DNA of 63,067 nucleotides, the filler included, from Octopus bimaculoides (lineage: Eukaryota): NCBI RefSeq assembly GCF_001194135.2. It is 3 parts of 3 records of this genome, joined end to end, with 100 filler letters (N's around TTAATTAATTAA, not from the genome) between each part and the next. Parts side by side here need not be neighbours in the genome. Positions count along the whole stretch, not along the records: positions 23,718 to 40,901 come from NC_068991.1; positions 41,002 to 63,067 come from NC_068981.1; 1 more part is not named here. One strand, given 5' to 3'. Shown here piece by piece: positions 39,111 through 51,835 of the stretch. The stretch's first letter is position 1. The number at the start of each line of letters is the position of its first letter. Under the pieces are notes generated by a model. The model did no database searches. It was not told the DNA's origin and saw only the letters and a list, made by a program, of their open reading frames with translations. The translations under genes and the position numbers were made by a program.

Positions 39111-40435
39111 TAGTTAATTGTGTTGTTTAACACTTTTGGAATAAAACCATATAATGTGCCAAAGGATGTGTTCAATTGTAGCAAACGGCTAGTATGTATT
39201 ACAAGACTAGTATGTATTTTAGTGAGCTCAAAAGAAAGCTTTCCCCTTCAACAAATTGATTTGTGTTCTTTGAATGAAATAAATACAAAAAACACAAATG
39301 AATAACATAACTACTATAAAAATATACGAAACAAATTTATCAGATATGTGTAAATAAATTACGATAAAAAAAAATGAAGTTATTATTGGAAAGAAATGTT
39401 AAGAACACGGTGAAAATGATATTACAAAATTGAATTAGAGACGCTTGGAATTATCTTAAGTAACATCATAAAAGAAGATAAATTAAAAAAAAAAGAGGAA
39501 ATTCTGAATATTTCTAGTTCTTATCTCAGAAAAGAATGCTTAACAGTTTCGTTTCAAGTACTGAAATCTAAATGCGTCAATTAACTCATTCCAGTTTTCG
39601 GTTTTATAAATCAAAATCTCAATAAGACATAGAAAGAAGATATTGGAGAGAAGAACAGTGGAAAGAAATTAGCAAAACAGATAGAGAGATTGACAAACGT
39701 ATGAACTCTAATGTATTTACCAATGTTTATTTGCTTATAAGTGTTAATATCGTTGTAATTCTACTAAATGCACCTCTTCGAGTTTCTCCTCTATTCACCT
39801 ATCTCTCCTTCTTCAGCTGCTGCCATCGTTACCGGTTTTGTTTGCCATGGGAATATAATGGATAAACCACGTTGTTGACACCAATATCTGTTAGAATCTC
39901 ACGATCTTTGTAACCCTACTGATTGTTGTTTTTATTTTCAATCCTCTATGAGGTATTCAGAGTTGCTAGAGAACCATTATGCCACTTGTTTTATCAGCAA
40001 GATGTATTATATATTAACAATAGAAAGAAAATAAATGTTGATAGAACTACATTACAATTAGGTTTAATATGAACTCAACTGGCGTTTATTCCTGTATACA
40101 TTTAGATACTGAAAAGACAAAAATCAAAAATATTTAGCCAATAAAAGCCTGGTCCTATGTAAATATTCTTAGTTTTTCTTTCTTGTCTATAAAATTTGCT
40201 TCTGTGTGATTATTTATTTCCAGAATTGTCACTTTTAGCATACCTCTCACATTAAACAACATTACTAAATTTGCGTTATGATTTTTATATTTAGCTTTTG
40301 TTGATTGTATAAATATATAGATATATACTTGTAAACATTTACATATATATATACCGGCATGCATGCATATGCGTGCGCATGTGTGTTTGTGTGCGTGTCA
40401 GTGTGGTGTGTATGTGTGTGTGTCAGTGTGATGTG

Positions 40436-40467
<32 letters not shown>

Positions 40468-40860
40468 ATGCCTGTGAGTACAAACATACACAATAGACAC
40501 AGGAACATGCATACATCAGCGAGCGAGCAAGGAAGAGAGAGAGAGAGAGAGAGAGGGGGTAAGAGAAAGAGGGTGAGAGAGAGACAAGTATTTGAATAAT
40601 AAATCAAACACAGGGCAACACGTACGTACGCGTATATGTGTCGGTATGTGTACGTAAGTAGCTGAGAGAATTCTGGATGACGCACAAACGAGTACATATT
40701 GGGACAACAACATTGAAAATCATATAGGCAAAGAAAGGCGATTACGAAGTAATTTTCAATCCCAACGGTTATTTACAAAACTTATTGTTCAGAGTATCCA
40801 TAATGGGCATATTTACTTCGTAAATCTTTGATATATATATGTACGAATGTATATCTATGT

Positions 40861-40901
<41 letters not shown>

Positions 40902-41001
40902 NNNNNNNNNNNNNNNNNNNNNNNNNNNNNNNNNNNNNNNNNNNNTTAATTAATTAANNNNNNNNNNNNNNNNNNNNNNNNNNNNNNNNNNNNNNNNNNN
41001 N
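40902..41001. other. Artificial assembly spacer (44 N + TTAATTAATTAA + 44 N = 100 bp)
   Basis: Same counted structure as 23618-23717. Confidence 0.95.
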
Positions 41002-41269
41002 TAAAAACAGAAACAATTCCTATCATAGTAGGTGCCTTAGGTATAATAAAAAAAATACTCAGACAAATACATAACAAAAATACCAGGACTTACAAATATA
41101 TGTAACATACAGAAAATTGCACTACTGGGTACTGCACACATTCTACGCAAAACACTTTCAATACAGTAAACATAAAATCACCACAGCAAACCACAGCACA
41201 TACCCAAGGCGCACAGAGCTGCGCTCGGTAGTGAAGTGAAAGCACGTTATAAAAATAAAACTACTGAAC

Positions 41270-41300
<31 letters not shown>
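41002..41300 (+). mobile_element. R4/Dong-type non-LTR retrotransposon 3' end with (TAA)n tail (second family)
   Basis: Reads KTETIPIIVGALGIIKK-[+1 in A-run]-YSDKYITKIPGLTNICNIQKIALLGTAHILRKTLSIQ* (stop 41167-41169), then about 100 bp of 3' UTR, then (TAA)n. Confidence 0.9.
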
Positions 41301-41301
<1 letters not shown>

Positions 41302-41319
41302 TAAAATTAATAATAATAA

Positions 41320-41700
41320 TATTCCTTTCTACAATAGGCACAAGACCTGAAATTTGGTAGGAGGGGACTAGTCGATTACATAGGTCCTAGTGTTTCACTG
41401 GTGCTTTATTTATCAATCGCGAGAGGATGAAAGGCAAAGACGACCTCGGCGGAATTTTGACTCAGAACGTAAAGACGGACGAAAAACATGCTAACGATTC
41501 TGCCAGGTCACCGCCTTAACAACAATAATAATTATAATAATTGTTTCACATTTTGTCACATGGTCAGCAATGTCGGATGAGGTAAATCGATTACATCGAC
41601 TCCTGGACTCAGCTTGTACCTATTTTAGCTACACTGACATTATAAAAGGCAACATTGAGTACGGCACCTACAGAACCTGAAGAAATGCCGTTAAGCCAAC
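41320..41700 (-). mobile_element. Two tandem SINE family B copies (the first well preserved)
   Basis: TTCCTTTCTACAATAGGCACAAGACCTGAAATTT...GGATGAAAGGCAAAGACGACCTCGGCGGAATTTTGACTCAGAACGTAAAGACGGACGAAA...GCTAACGATTCTGCCAGGTCACCGCC (to ~41516), then a more degenerate copy. Confidence 0.85.
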
Positions 41701-44700
41701 ACTATTGACTTCGTTTCTATTAGTCTTACAGACTGACTCAAGAAGGTTTTATTGCGTGGCCTAAAAGGGTGAAGCATGATTTGTTGCTTTTACCAAGTTA
41801 CTATTTAGACAAATTTCATGTCTTTCTGCTTTATCTCCCTTGTATTTGATGTATATTTCAAGCGCACTTATGAGTAGTTAAATTTAAGTGATGATCTTGA
41901 TTATTTCAGTAATTTAAGTATATTTCAAATCTCTGTATTACATATGTGAAACCGTACCACATGGGACTTTGGAATGTACAACGCTCTCCTAATGATAACG
42001 CATGAAACATTTGTAAGTTGAGATTTGTAAAATTATATTTTTATTAAATATTCATGTATATTAGATTAATTGGCGTGTATGTAAACACATATGAGCACAT
42101 GTGTGCCTGCATTTTTATACACAAGAACACATGTAGATGCAAATATATTAATATGTATATGTATACGTGTTTGTATATATGCGTATATATATATATATAT
42201 ATATATATATATNNNNNNNNNNNNNNNNNNNNNNNNNNNNNNNNNNNNNNNNNNNNNNNNNNNNNNNNNNNNNNNNNNNNNNNNNNNNNNNNNNNNNNNN
42301 NNNNNNNNNNNNNNNNNNNNNNNNNNNNNNNNNNNNNNNNNNNNNNNNNNNNNNNNNNNNNNNNNNNNNNNNNNNNNNNNNNNNNNNNNNNNNNNNNNNN
42401 NNNNNNNNNNNNNNNNNNNNNNNNNNNNNNNNNNNNNNNNNNNNNNNNNNNNNNNNNNNNNNNNNNNNNNNNNNNNNNNNNNNNNNNNNNNNNNNNNNNN
42501 NNNNNNNNNNNNNNNNNNNNNNNNNNNNNNNNNNNNNNNNNNNNNNNNNNNNNNNNNNNNNNNNNNNNNNNNNNNNNNNNNNNNNNNNNNNNNNNNNNNN
42601 NNNNNNNNNNNNNNNNNNNNNNNNNNNNNNNNNNNNNNNNNNNNNNNNNNNNNNNNNNNNNNNNNNNNNNNCAGACCGCTTTTTCATTACGAAATTGCTA
42701 TAGTCCAAAAATCATTTTCTATTTATCTCTCACTTCTCTACAATTTACTAGCAGAAATTTAAGCAATAATAACAATGTTAAATCGCTTTCTTTCTCGTTT
42801 TTTTCTTTCTTTCCTTTTTATTTAATTCTTTCTTTCTTTTGATTGTCTCTCTTTTAAACGTATCATGGAATAACATTCAAATCAGCTGAATGAAGAGACC
42901 GAGGAAAATTTCAGCATGAAAGAGTTCATTATTTCAAGAAACCGTCAATACGCTTGACCCCCAGGTTAAATATGCTGGAAAGTTTCACCATATTAATGCT
43001 TTCTATTGAGAGTGTTTTCATTTCCCTTTGGTAGAATTATAGTTTAACCAATCAGGTGCATTGATTGAACACCGTGTTTCCAATATTATCTAATCAGATA
43101 GACGTTCAGCTTAAGGCAATAATAGCCGAAGTACGTTTAGAATAATCATTTGGACGTCAGTGGCCAAATTGGTACTACTGGACATGAGGGACTACAAACG
43201 TTCTTCAAATGAACGAGAATGATAAGTTGTACAGGCAGCAGAAAATGCAAATATGGAAATCTTCAATTGGCAGCAGTTATTTACGCTAAAGTGAATCAAC
43301 AATGAAACTATACATATATTTATTAGTTGATTTTCTTTTCGAGAACACTTTCTTAAGCCAACTTCCCAAAAGTTATCAAGTTATTTATTTTTGAATGAGA
43401 TTTTCAAAGAAGGATATTCTAATTTGAATTTGAAATCAAAGTTTGAAAGAAAGAGAAAACGGTTCAAAGCACACATAACTTGAAGTTCTGTTGTTAAGTT
43501 AAGTTTATTTTATTTCATTGGCAAATTTAAGACATTCAAAGGAAACTTTATCCGGTAAGATAATCCAAATAATGTATTATACTCAATTTCTCAAGAAGAG
43601 AATTAAAATGTATTTCAGAATAATGCATCCAGACTTCAGTTTCTTTATATATTTTGTACATTTTATGTATTTTGTGATTGGTGTTGCATCACTTAAATAT
43701 ATTACCGAATAAATATACCGATAATTTATTCCGCATAACCAAACCTTGTCTTTCTCTGTTCGTATATGAGTGTGGCACCAGGTGTTAATATAGAATTGGC
43801 TGAGTAATTGTGTTTTCATATATCACCATCGCACGCTTACACGAGCGCGAACACATCACATCGATGTATGTCTATCCTCAAATGCAAATTATTAGAAAAA
43901 TACTCTTCCTTTATGTGTTCGAACGTATCATGAGTAATATGACTTTTCGACAACACAAACACTCACTCAGTTCTAATCAGCCCTTATCATGCATTCCAAT
44001 ATCAAACGTTCGCAGATCAGCCTTTACCTAAAGTCATCTATTTTTTCTCGTGTATTGCATACTACAATATTTCTTATCTTTGCAATGCCCTGTTATTTGA
44101 AAAACGTTTATATCTGCACGAATAGTGAAATCACTGGCTGTATTTCTGATTAATTTGTCGGCATTGTATCTGATTACGTCGATATCTGAATAATTGTGTT
44201 AGTTAAATGGGGTTGTTTGTTAGCCCTATTTAAACTTGAATGTAGCTGAAACGTATTCTAACTATGCCCATTCGGTTTTTTGAGGGGTACCTCTTCAGGT
44301 AAACTTTGTTCCTAGTTTACTAGTGGAGGTGACATTTGAGAAATATCTGGTTGCCAAATGAAGAACGATGAACAATGACACTGCTATATCATCATTTCAA
44401 TCTATATCTTTTGTTCGATTGATAGCCATTTAAGTTTCATTGACTATCAATTATCTTACTAAAAAATGCATTACGAGTTTAATTAAACAACAAAAGCGAC
44501 ACTTAATCCGGAGAGAAATACTGTTATTTTGTTTTAATTCATATTAGTGAATTCGATTAAGGTAAATTAGCGTTTGAATACAAAACAATAGAAAAAGGAA
44601 AGTGAAAGAGAAAATGAAACCATCCCAAAAGTTTACTTGGAAGGAAACATTGGTCATTTAATTTACATTTCTAAGAAAATAATAACATGATTTATTTATT

Positions 44701-45659
44701 GGCCACAGTAGTTTATTTCACAGTATTTGGTTTTGTGTTCATGGTACCATTATGTTTATTCTTCCACTTCGATATCATTATTAAGAAATCGGTATTCATT
44801 AACTGAGTTTTTTTAGTCAGGAACGAAAAGAAGAATACATTACCTTTTAGAGAGTCCACAGGTTTAATGGAAAAGATAAAGGTATCCATAAGTCGATGAT
44901 TTGACCCGAATGCTCGTAATAGAAAGCCCTGTTAAAAACACCGACAAAGAGGTGGCGGTGTTAAGCCGATTGGCTGGTTATTTCTACTACGCAAATTGGC
45001 CATTACGTTATTCGGATTACAAAAGCCGAGAGCCATCGCATATAATGGGTGTCATGTCCTCGTTCCGGCAATTCACTACGCAGAGATAGTGAATTTTTTT
45101 AAGGAAACGGGAAGGGCGAAATCTAAATATTGCTACCTCTTGTCTGCTTCTTGTTATAATCTCCACGAACATCATCCACATCAACATCATCTTAAATATT
45201 ATGTATATAATAGTCATCGAATACAGCGAACTTTTATTCACAATAAACCTGACGATGAACCGTTTCATCGGACAAAATATAGTGAACGAGACAAACAGAT
45301 GACTTCACTAATGATAGCTGTAGCAGATCGTAAGTCAGCTTCAGTGATTTGGCAAGAAATTAATGGGAGCGTATGTTTAATTCACCGACAAATGTCATCA
45401 CATTGCACACAATAGTAATAGATAAAAGAAAGGCTGGGTGGGCATTGAATGGGGTAGTAATATCATTCGTATTCTTAAAATTTACAAATCCTAACTAGCT
45501 ACAGCCGTAGTACTTATGGTGAGGAGAAGTTAAAGTAGAGGCATGGAAATAATGTTATGATATAATAAAGTGAAAAGATAGGAAAAAGGACAGACGATCA
45601 TTTGAATACCGAGTAGCATAACAAGATGGAATTTCGATATCGAATACTGAAATAAATAT

Positions 45660-45870
45660 CGTTTTCAAATTTTGGCCCAAGGGCAGCAATTGTGAGGGAG
45701 GGGGATAATCGAATGCATCGAGCCCAGCGCTCAACTGTTATTGATGTCATAGGCCCCAAAATGATGAAAGGGAAAGTCGCCGAAATTTGAACTCTGAGCA
45801 TAAAGACGGGCAACATACCGCTAAGCATTTTGCACGAGGTACTAATGATTCTGACAGCTAGTCGCCTTAA
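45660..45870 (-). mobile_element. SINE family B copy
   Basis: TTTTGGCCCAAGGGCAGCAATT...TTTGAACTCTGAGC...CCGCTAAGCATTTTGCACG...CTAATGATTCTGACAGCTAGTCGCC. Confidence 0.75.
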
Positions 45871-46872
45871 ATACCGAAATAAATATCAAAACCTAGATCA
45901 ATGCCTAGAAAGTACGTGAGACATGCTACATATATTCGAGTATGAAGTTTTGGCGTTCACTATTCACTCAGGTTCATGATGACGCGAACATCTATTCGCC
46001 AACTTAGTACATAGCATATGCTGATTGTTATGTCAAGTGATCGTTGGATAGGGACGGTCATGTCACCATGAATCATGCAATAGCAAAGCGCCACAAGTGA
46101 TAGATTTGCCAGATCGATTATACGGTTGATCTGCAGTAGATTTACAATACAATACAATCTGAAGGGATAAATTTGAAGTTCGTGCTGAATAAATCTAAAT
46201 ATCATATAACATATACTTCTATTTCAATATACCTCCCAACTCGAACCCCACGGAGCAGAGTAAATTCTACTGAAGAACCTATCAAACACCTTTATGACAA
46301 ACTTGTCAGTCGATTCAAAGCATCGGAATTAAATACACACACACACACACACGCACACACACATAAGCGCGCACGCACGCACACACACACACACACACAC
46401 TCCACACATGCGCAAGCATGGATATATCGAAATTAATTTTTCAAGCATTACTGACATCTAATTTAAGCGTGTGAATGGTAACGACAGGTATTTGATGTAC
46501 ATCTATATATGTGTGTCAATGTATGTATATGTATGTATATGTAGGTATTATCGCGCTACAGAGGGCAACGAAGACGGCTTTGTGGTCAAGAATATCAATA
46601 AAATGTTGTTGTAACTCTTGTAAACGAATATTCAAAACAACGTACAGGTTTTTCAGACGTTGGCATGTTTTCCTCAATCATCTATAGGTCCATTTTTGGA
46701 TCTAGTTGAAACAATATGACTGAAGGTATGATGTTGCATTAAATAAACTATTTTACAGCTCCTTTTTCGCAATTCATAATATAATGAGAATGTTATAGAC
46801 AAACTTCAGCAATACAATTTTATTGAAGAAATGTATGATAATCCTACCCACGGGAAGTTAAAATAGATCAGT

Positions 46873-47322
46873 GCAGGGGAATGTGACTGTGAGGTAAGAA
46901 GTTTGCTTCCCACGTACGTGAAAAATGGTTCAACCCTACTGTGCGGCAATGTAGGTAAGTCTCTACTACATAGCCTCAGCTTAACCAAAGCGCTGTGGGT
47001 GTATTTGGTAGATTGAAGCATGAAGTAGCCTGACGAATACACAGACACGCACCCACACACATATGTGTGCGTGTTTGTGTGTATGTGTGTGTTTGTGTGT
47101 ATGTGTGTGTTTGTACCTGCTTATGACCTCCACCACCGCTTTACAATAGGTGTTGGTGTATTTATGTCCTGTAAATTAGCGGTGGGCAAAATAAATTAAT
47201 AAAATATGTAGCGAGATTTTTTTAATGAGTGCTATAAACACTGGGCTTGGTTCGTTCTACTAAAATCCTTCAAGACGGTGCTCCAGCAAAGCCAACATCT
47301 AATGACTAATACAAGTAAAAGA
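46873..47322 (+). mobile_element. SINE family A copy
   Basis: GTAAGAAGTTTGCTTCCCA head, internal TG tract, CCACCACCGCTT.ACAA..GGTGTTGGTG body and GGTGCTCCAGC...AATGACT..TACAAGTAAAAGA tail. Confidence 0.75.
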
Positions 47323-48156
47323 ACATTACCGTCTGGAGTATTTAGGCGTGGCCAGAAAATCCGTTAAGTTATTTCATGCTATCACCGTGGAAGGGATAGA
47401 ATGCTACATTAAACAGATGTAACTTGCATAAAACTATTTCAATTGTGGCTGTTGATAAAATATATTCCATTCTTTTAATGAATAGTCTAGCAATACTTGG
47501 GCGTTTGTATTTTTGGCCAAATGTCATGGATGATGTAAATGTGATAGAGACACTACATATGCAAAACACGATTTTCACAATTGCGTAACTCTCACGAAAA
47601 TGTTTCACATGGTGAATAGAAATATACTGTGTGGGGTACCCACCAAATTATGTTAATATGTGTGTCCAGTTATTCACTAACTGATAAAAGTAATATGAGC
47701 AAGACGTGTTGATGTTTCCGTGAAGCAAGCATAAAGTATAAATATTTGACTCGGAGAAAATACTTTCCATAGTAATTGTACAAGAAATATTGCTCTGCTG
47801 CATCATCTCTGATGATATGGTATTAAATTATGAATATATTTTTAATTGTTGTGGGCCAGTCATATACTTTATTCTCACATGTTATCCAAAGGGGTATTAC
47901 CTTGAATTTAAACCTAGTTTTCTATTAGAAATGTATTATGTATGTTAATTTAAAAATGGCTGTATTGCAATCTCCTCGATACCAAACCAATTTTTATTTT
48001 AAATTATCATGAGTAAGAAACTGTATTCAAAACTAAATTGTACTTAGTGTTAAGGGGTTGCAATAAAAGAAAGTTACTTGAAATTACTTCAAGTTTGATT
48101 TCGTTGGGTTTATCGGACAATTCAGGTTAACATATCTACACGCGCGCACACACACT

Positions 48157-48209
<53 letters not shown>

Positions 48210-49059
48210 NNNNNNNNNNNNNNNNNNNNNNNNNNNNNNNNNNNNNNNNNNNNNNNNNNNNNNNNNNNNNNNNNNNNNNNNNNNNNNNNNNNNNNNNNNN
48301 NNNNNNNNNNNNNNNNNNNNNNNNNNNNNNNNNNNNNNNNNNNNNNNNNNNNNNNNNNNNNNNNNNNNNNNNNNNNNNNNNNNNNNNNNNNNNNNNNNNN
48401 NNNNNNNNNNNNNNNNNNNNNNNNNNNNNNNNNNNNNNNNNNNNNNNNNNNNNNNNNNNNNNNNNNNNNNNNNNNNNNNNNNNNNNNNNNNNNNNNNNNN
48501 NNNNNNNNNNNNNNNNNNNNNNNNNNNNNNNNNNNNNNNNNNNNNNNNNNNNNNNNNNNNNNNNNNNNNNNNNNNNNNNNNNNNNNNNNNNNNNNNNNNN
48601 NNNNNNNNNNNNNNNNNNNNNNNNNNNNNNNNNNNNNNNNNNNNNNNNNNNNNNNNNNNNNNNNNNNNNNNNNNNNNNNNNNNNNNNNNNNNNNNNNNNN
48701 NNNNNNNNNNNNNNNNNNNNNNNNNNNNAAAATCTTTTTGGTATATAAACATTGTATTTTGAGAAATAACCGGTTTCGTGTTGTCTTTTCGAATTTCTCT
48801 ACTGCATTGTGTCGTGTTCACTCCATATATATATATATATATATATATGACCGCGCATTTATATTTATATTTATATATATATATGTATGTACATAGATAT
48901 ATATATATACAACAGGAATAGGGATTCAATGAGTCAAACAGATCACGCAGTTGACTGGTTTACAACATCGTCGAAATGAAAATCTAGCAATCACATTATT
49001 CGAGCGTGGGATTAGTGGTGGGTGGGGCGGTAAGAGGATTGGTGTATGCATTGGGAGGA

Positions 49060-50255
49060 CTAGGTAAATGGGGAATTCGAGTGACTGAAGCGCAGAAGGG
49101 TGGGAAACTTGAGTGGTGAACTTTTCCTCCTCCTCTTTCCTCCTGTCACCGTCGCCCAATCGTTATTTTCTGTCTCTTGCTTCTGCACCTTTTCTGTTCC
49201 TTCAGGGAGTGCGATTACATTTTCGCCGGGGCCAAATAGTGGTGTTACTGCTAGTAGTCGAGGGTAGTCTGCTCTAATGTTGACTTTCTGACCACACTTG
49301 AAACATCTCGGTTTCTTGCCCTCCACTAACACTCTCATATTTCTGTCTTGGCGCATCCAAACAATGTCTATGTTCTGTAGCACTTCAAGGGAGGCCTGGA
49401 TGATCATTTCAATCCCTTGCCCTTTCCAGTTGCGTTGCGGGACTTTCATAATTTGGACGATGGAGATTTTATACTCTACTCCATTATAACGGTTGCCACA
49501 ATCCAGTCAACCTCCACTTCCAGCGGTATCTCCTCCACCCTTACCCTGGAATCACGTCTCCCAAGGTAAGTTGGGAGCAGCACCACCTCTGCCATATTTC
49601 TGGAAACCATAGAATAATACTTGACCCTCTCTTCTGTTTTAAACTGCACCTCTACTGTGGCGTACTTGCTTCCTCCGGTAACCTATCTAATGTCGTTCTA
49701 TATTTTTCTATTCTTTCCTTTGATACATCTCTATCCTTTTCGTTTCAAAATCAAACGTTTTATACACAATTGTTTCTGTTTCCACTCTATGACTTGCTTC
49801 CTTTGGCGGATTCACAACAATTCCGTGCGCTTCTGTTTTTATTAAGTCTTTGAATTTCTCGAATTCTTCCATACTTATTTGTTCTCCTCTCTCGAATTAC
49901 CAGCTACTGCTGCAAAACTCATTCATCCCTCCATCTTGTCGATGCTATCAACGCATCCCAAGAATTTCTCCTCAGAGGACTCTATGTCGGAATACGACTG
50001 CATAATAACAGGACGCTCTCTCCCTCAAACCAGGAGGAAAATTGTAACAAATCCACCGAAATGTAGACAAAACAAAATGTTCACAAAAACTTTTCAACAT
50101 ATTTTTCAGGAAATTTTCAGCAAAGGTAACACTAAATGTTGGGGAAAACCGTTTACGTTATGGAACAAGGGACGAATTTTCAGCACGAACTCACTCGCTA
50201 AATGGACAATAGTAGTCTTTATATTTCTCCCACACCATACAAGCACGTGAAAATC
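49060..50255 (-). mobile_element. Non-LTR (Tx1/L1-like) 5' region with a decayed gag-like ORF1 carrying a zinc knuckle
   Basis: Minus strand reads SFAAVAG, ATVEVQF, VLLPTYLGRR.SRVRVEEIP.EV...W, then RVLVEGKKPRCFKCGQKVNIRADYP (decayed CX2CX4HX4C) and WATVTGGKRRRK. Clade assignment is inferred. Confidence 0.6.
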
Positions 50256-50284
50256 ATACTACAGTGAACGTCTTGCTCTTGCGT

Positions 50285-51835
50285 TTATTTCCATAGCACC
50301 TCCCCAGTGCCTTCGTTAGCTGATGTATCTAACTTCTGAAGGGGGACCCACCTAAACTGGCCATATCTATGGTACTTCCACAGACGGTTCATATGCACAA
50401 TTTTCGGGCTAGACATCTTGCCTCCTCGAATCCGGTACGTTACATCGGACAAGCGATTCATCACAGTACATGGTCCTTCCCATTGACTCTGGATCTTCGG
50501 TGACCGTCCCCTTTTCCGCTGGGTGTAATGAAACCACATTTCATCACCCTCCTTAAAGTTGATCTCACTAACCCTAGCGACATGCCGACGTTTCATCATT
50601 TCACCCGAAAACTTCAGAGCTTCTCTAACTTGCTGGTGTACCTCTACCAGTTTCTCTTGCATGTTTCACATAGCTGGAGGTTTCCCTAGGCAGCTCTTCA
50701 CATGCTGCTCTCTGGACATCAGACCAAATATGAGTTTCATTTCGTGGCCGAGCATCAGCTTTTCAGGTATATAGCCAGTAGTTTCGTGCGTCACTGAACG
50801 ATAAATCAGCAATAACGCAGGTAACTTGACATCCCATTCCAAATGTCCTTCTTCGTTATTTCTTGTCGTAATATCCAATTAAACTTCTCCACCATTCCAT
50901 ATGAGTGTGGTCTTAATGGGTTGTCCTTGTCTCTTTCGTCCCTAACAACTTAAAACACTCCTGAAACACAGCTGATTAAAAGTTCCTACACTGATCGAAA
51001 TTCAACCCCTGAGGCAGACGAACCGACAGAAAAACTGGTCTACCAACACTTGCGCAACATTAGTTGCTTGTTCATCATGTATGGCATAGACTTCTGGCCA
51101 TTATGTGAAGTAGTCCATAGTCACACATATGTACCGATTTCCTCTCAAATACTTTTGACAACCTCTCCAAATCCTGAACGAAATTCCGACCAAATATGAC
51201 GTCATCATCAAGATAGATGAGTGCTGGCTGCCAGTTTAGGCCTTCCATTACTCGATCCATAAGACACGAGAATGTTGCAGGGGCTTTGCAGAAGCCGAAT
51301 GGCCTTACATTGAACTGCCACAAACACCATCCATATGAAAATGCACTCTTTTTCGGCAAACTTGAGTTGATGGTATCTGGCTTCCATATCAAAAGTATAG
51401 AACCACCGAGCTCCTGCTAAAGCACCAAGCGTGTCGTCAATTTTTGGCAAGGGATACACATCCTTCGCTATCACTTCATTCAGCGCTCTATAATCCTCAC
51501 AACATCTCACTGTCCCGTCTTTTGTCAGTACAAAAAGAACTGCTGATGACCAGGGACTGCCCCGATATTCCTATTACTTCCTCGTGTCGAAATTCTTCCA
51601 TCACTTCTTCAATTTCTCGTAGCTGATCTCGCTTCTTCCTTTGACCCGGTTGCTTGAATGAGCGATGACCTCCACTGTGGATAAGGTGCTTTACCAGCTC
51701 CGTGCAACCGAGGTCTATGTCTCCTGCAGAGAAAACATCAGCATATCTCACTAGCAGATGCCTCGACCACAACAGCTGATCGCCATCTGAGCACCGGCGA
51801 CTCAGTGCAAACAGATCTTGTAAAGGCACAGGCAA
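50285..51835 (-). mobile_element. Gypsy/Ty3 LTR retrotransposon pol remnant (RT fused to integrase; RNase H missing; no LTRs seen)
   Basis: Reads LLVRYADVFS..DLGCTELVKHLI, DYRALNEVIAKDVYPLPKIDDTLGALAGARWF, QFNVRPFGFCKAPATF and LIYLDDDVIFG (RT), then YICVTMDYFT*WPEVYAI, WDVKLPALLLIYRSVTHETTGY and QWEGPCTVMNRLSDVTYRI (integrase core and GPY/F module). Confidence 0.92.

Noticed and set aside
44996-45415. 139-aa ORF as a protein-coding gene
   Set aside because: No recognisable domain, no clear splice context and no unusual composition; it could arise by chance.
46060-46160. Minus-strand peptide SITCGALLLHDSW resembling a trypsin-family CG...W motif
   Set aside because: Followed by a stop, with no TAAHC or other protease motifs nearby; too short to support.
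47498-47545. YFWPNVMDDV resembling the Gypsy integrase zinc-domain motif
   Set aside because: The required His and CxxC residues are absent, and there is no flanking pol homology.
49879-50250. 123-aa plus-strand ORF
   Set aside because: Antisense to the 5' region of the Tx1-like remnant, with no recognisable domain.
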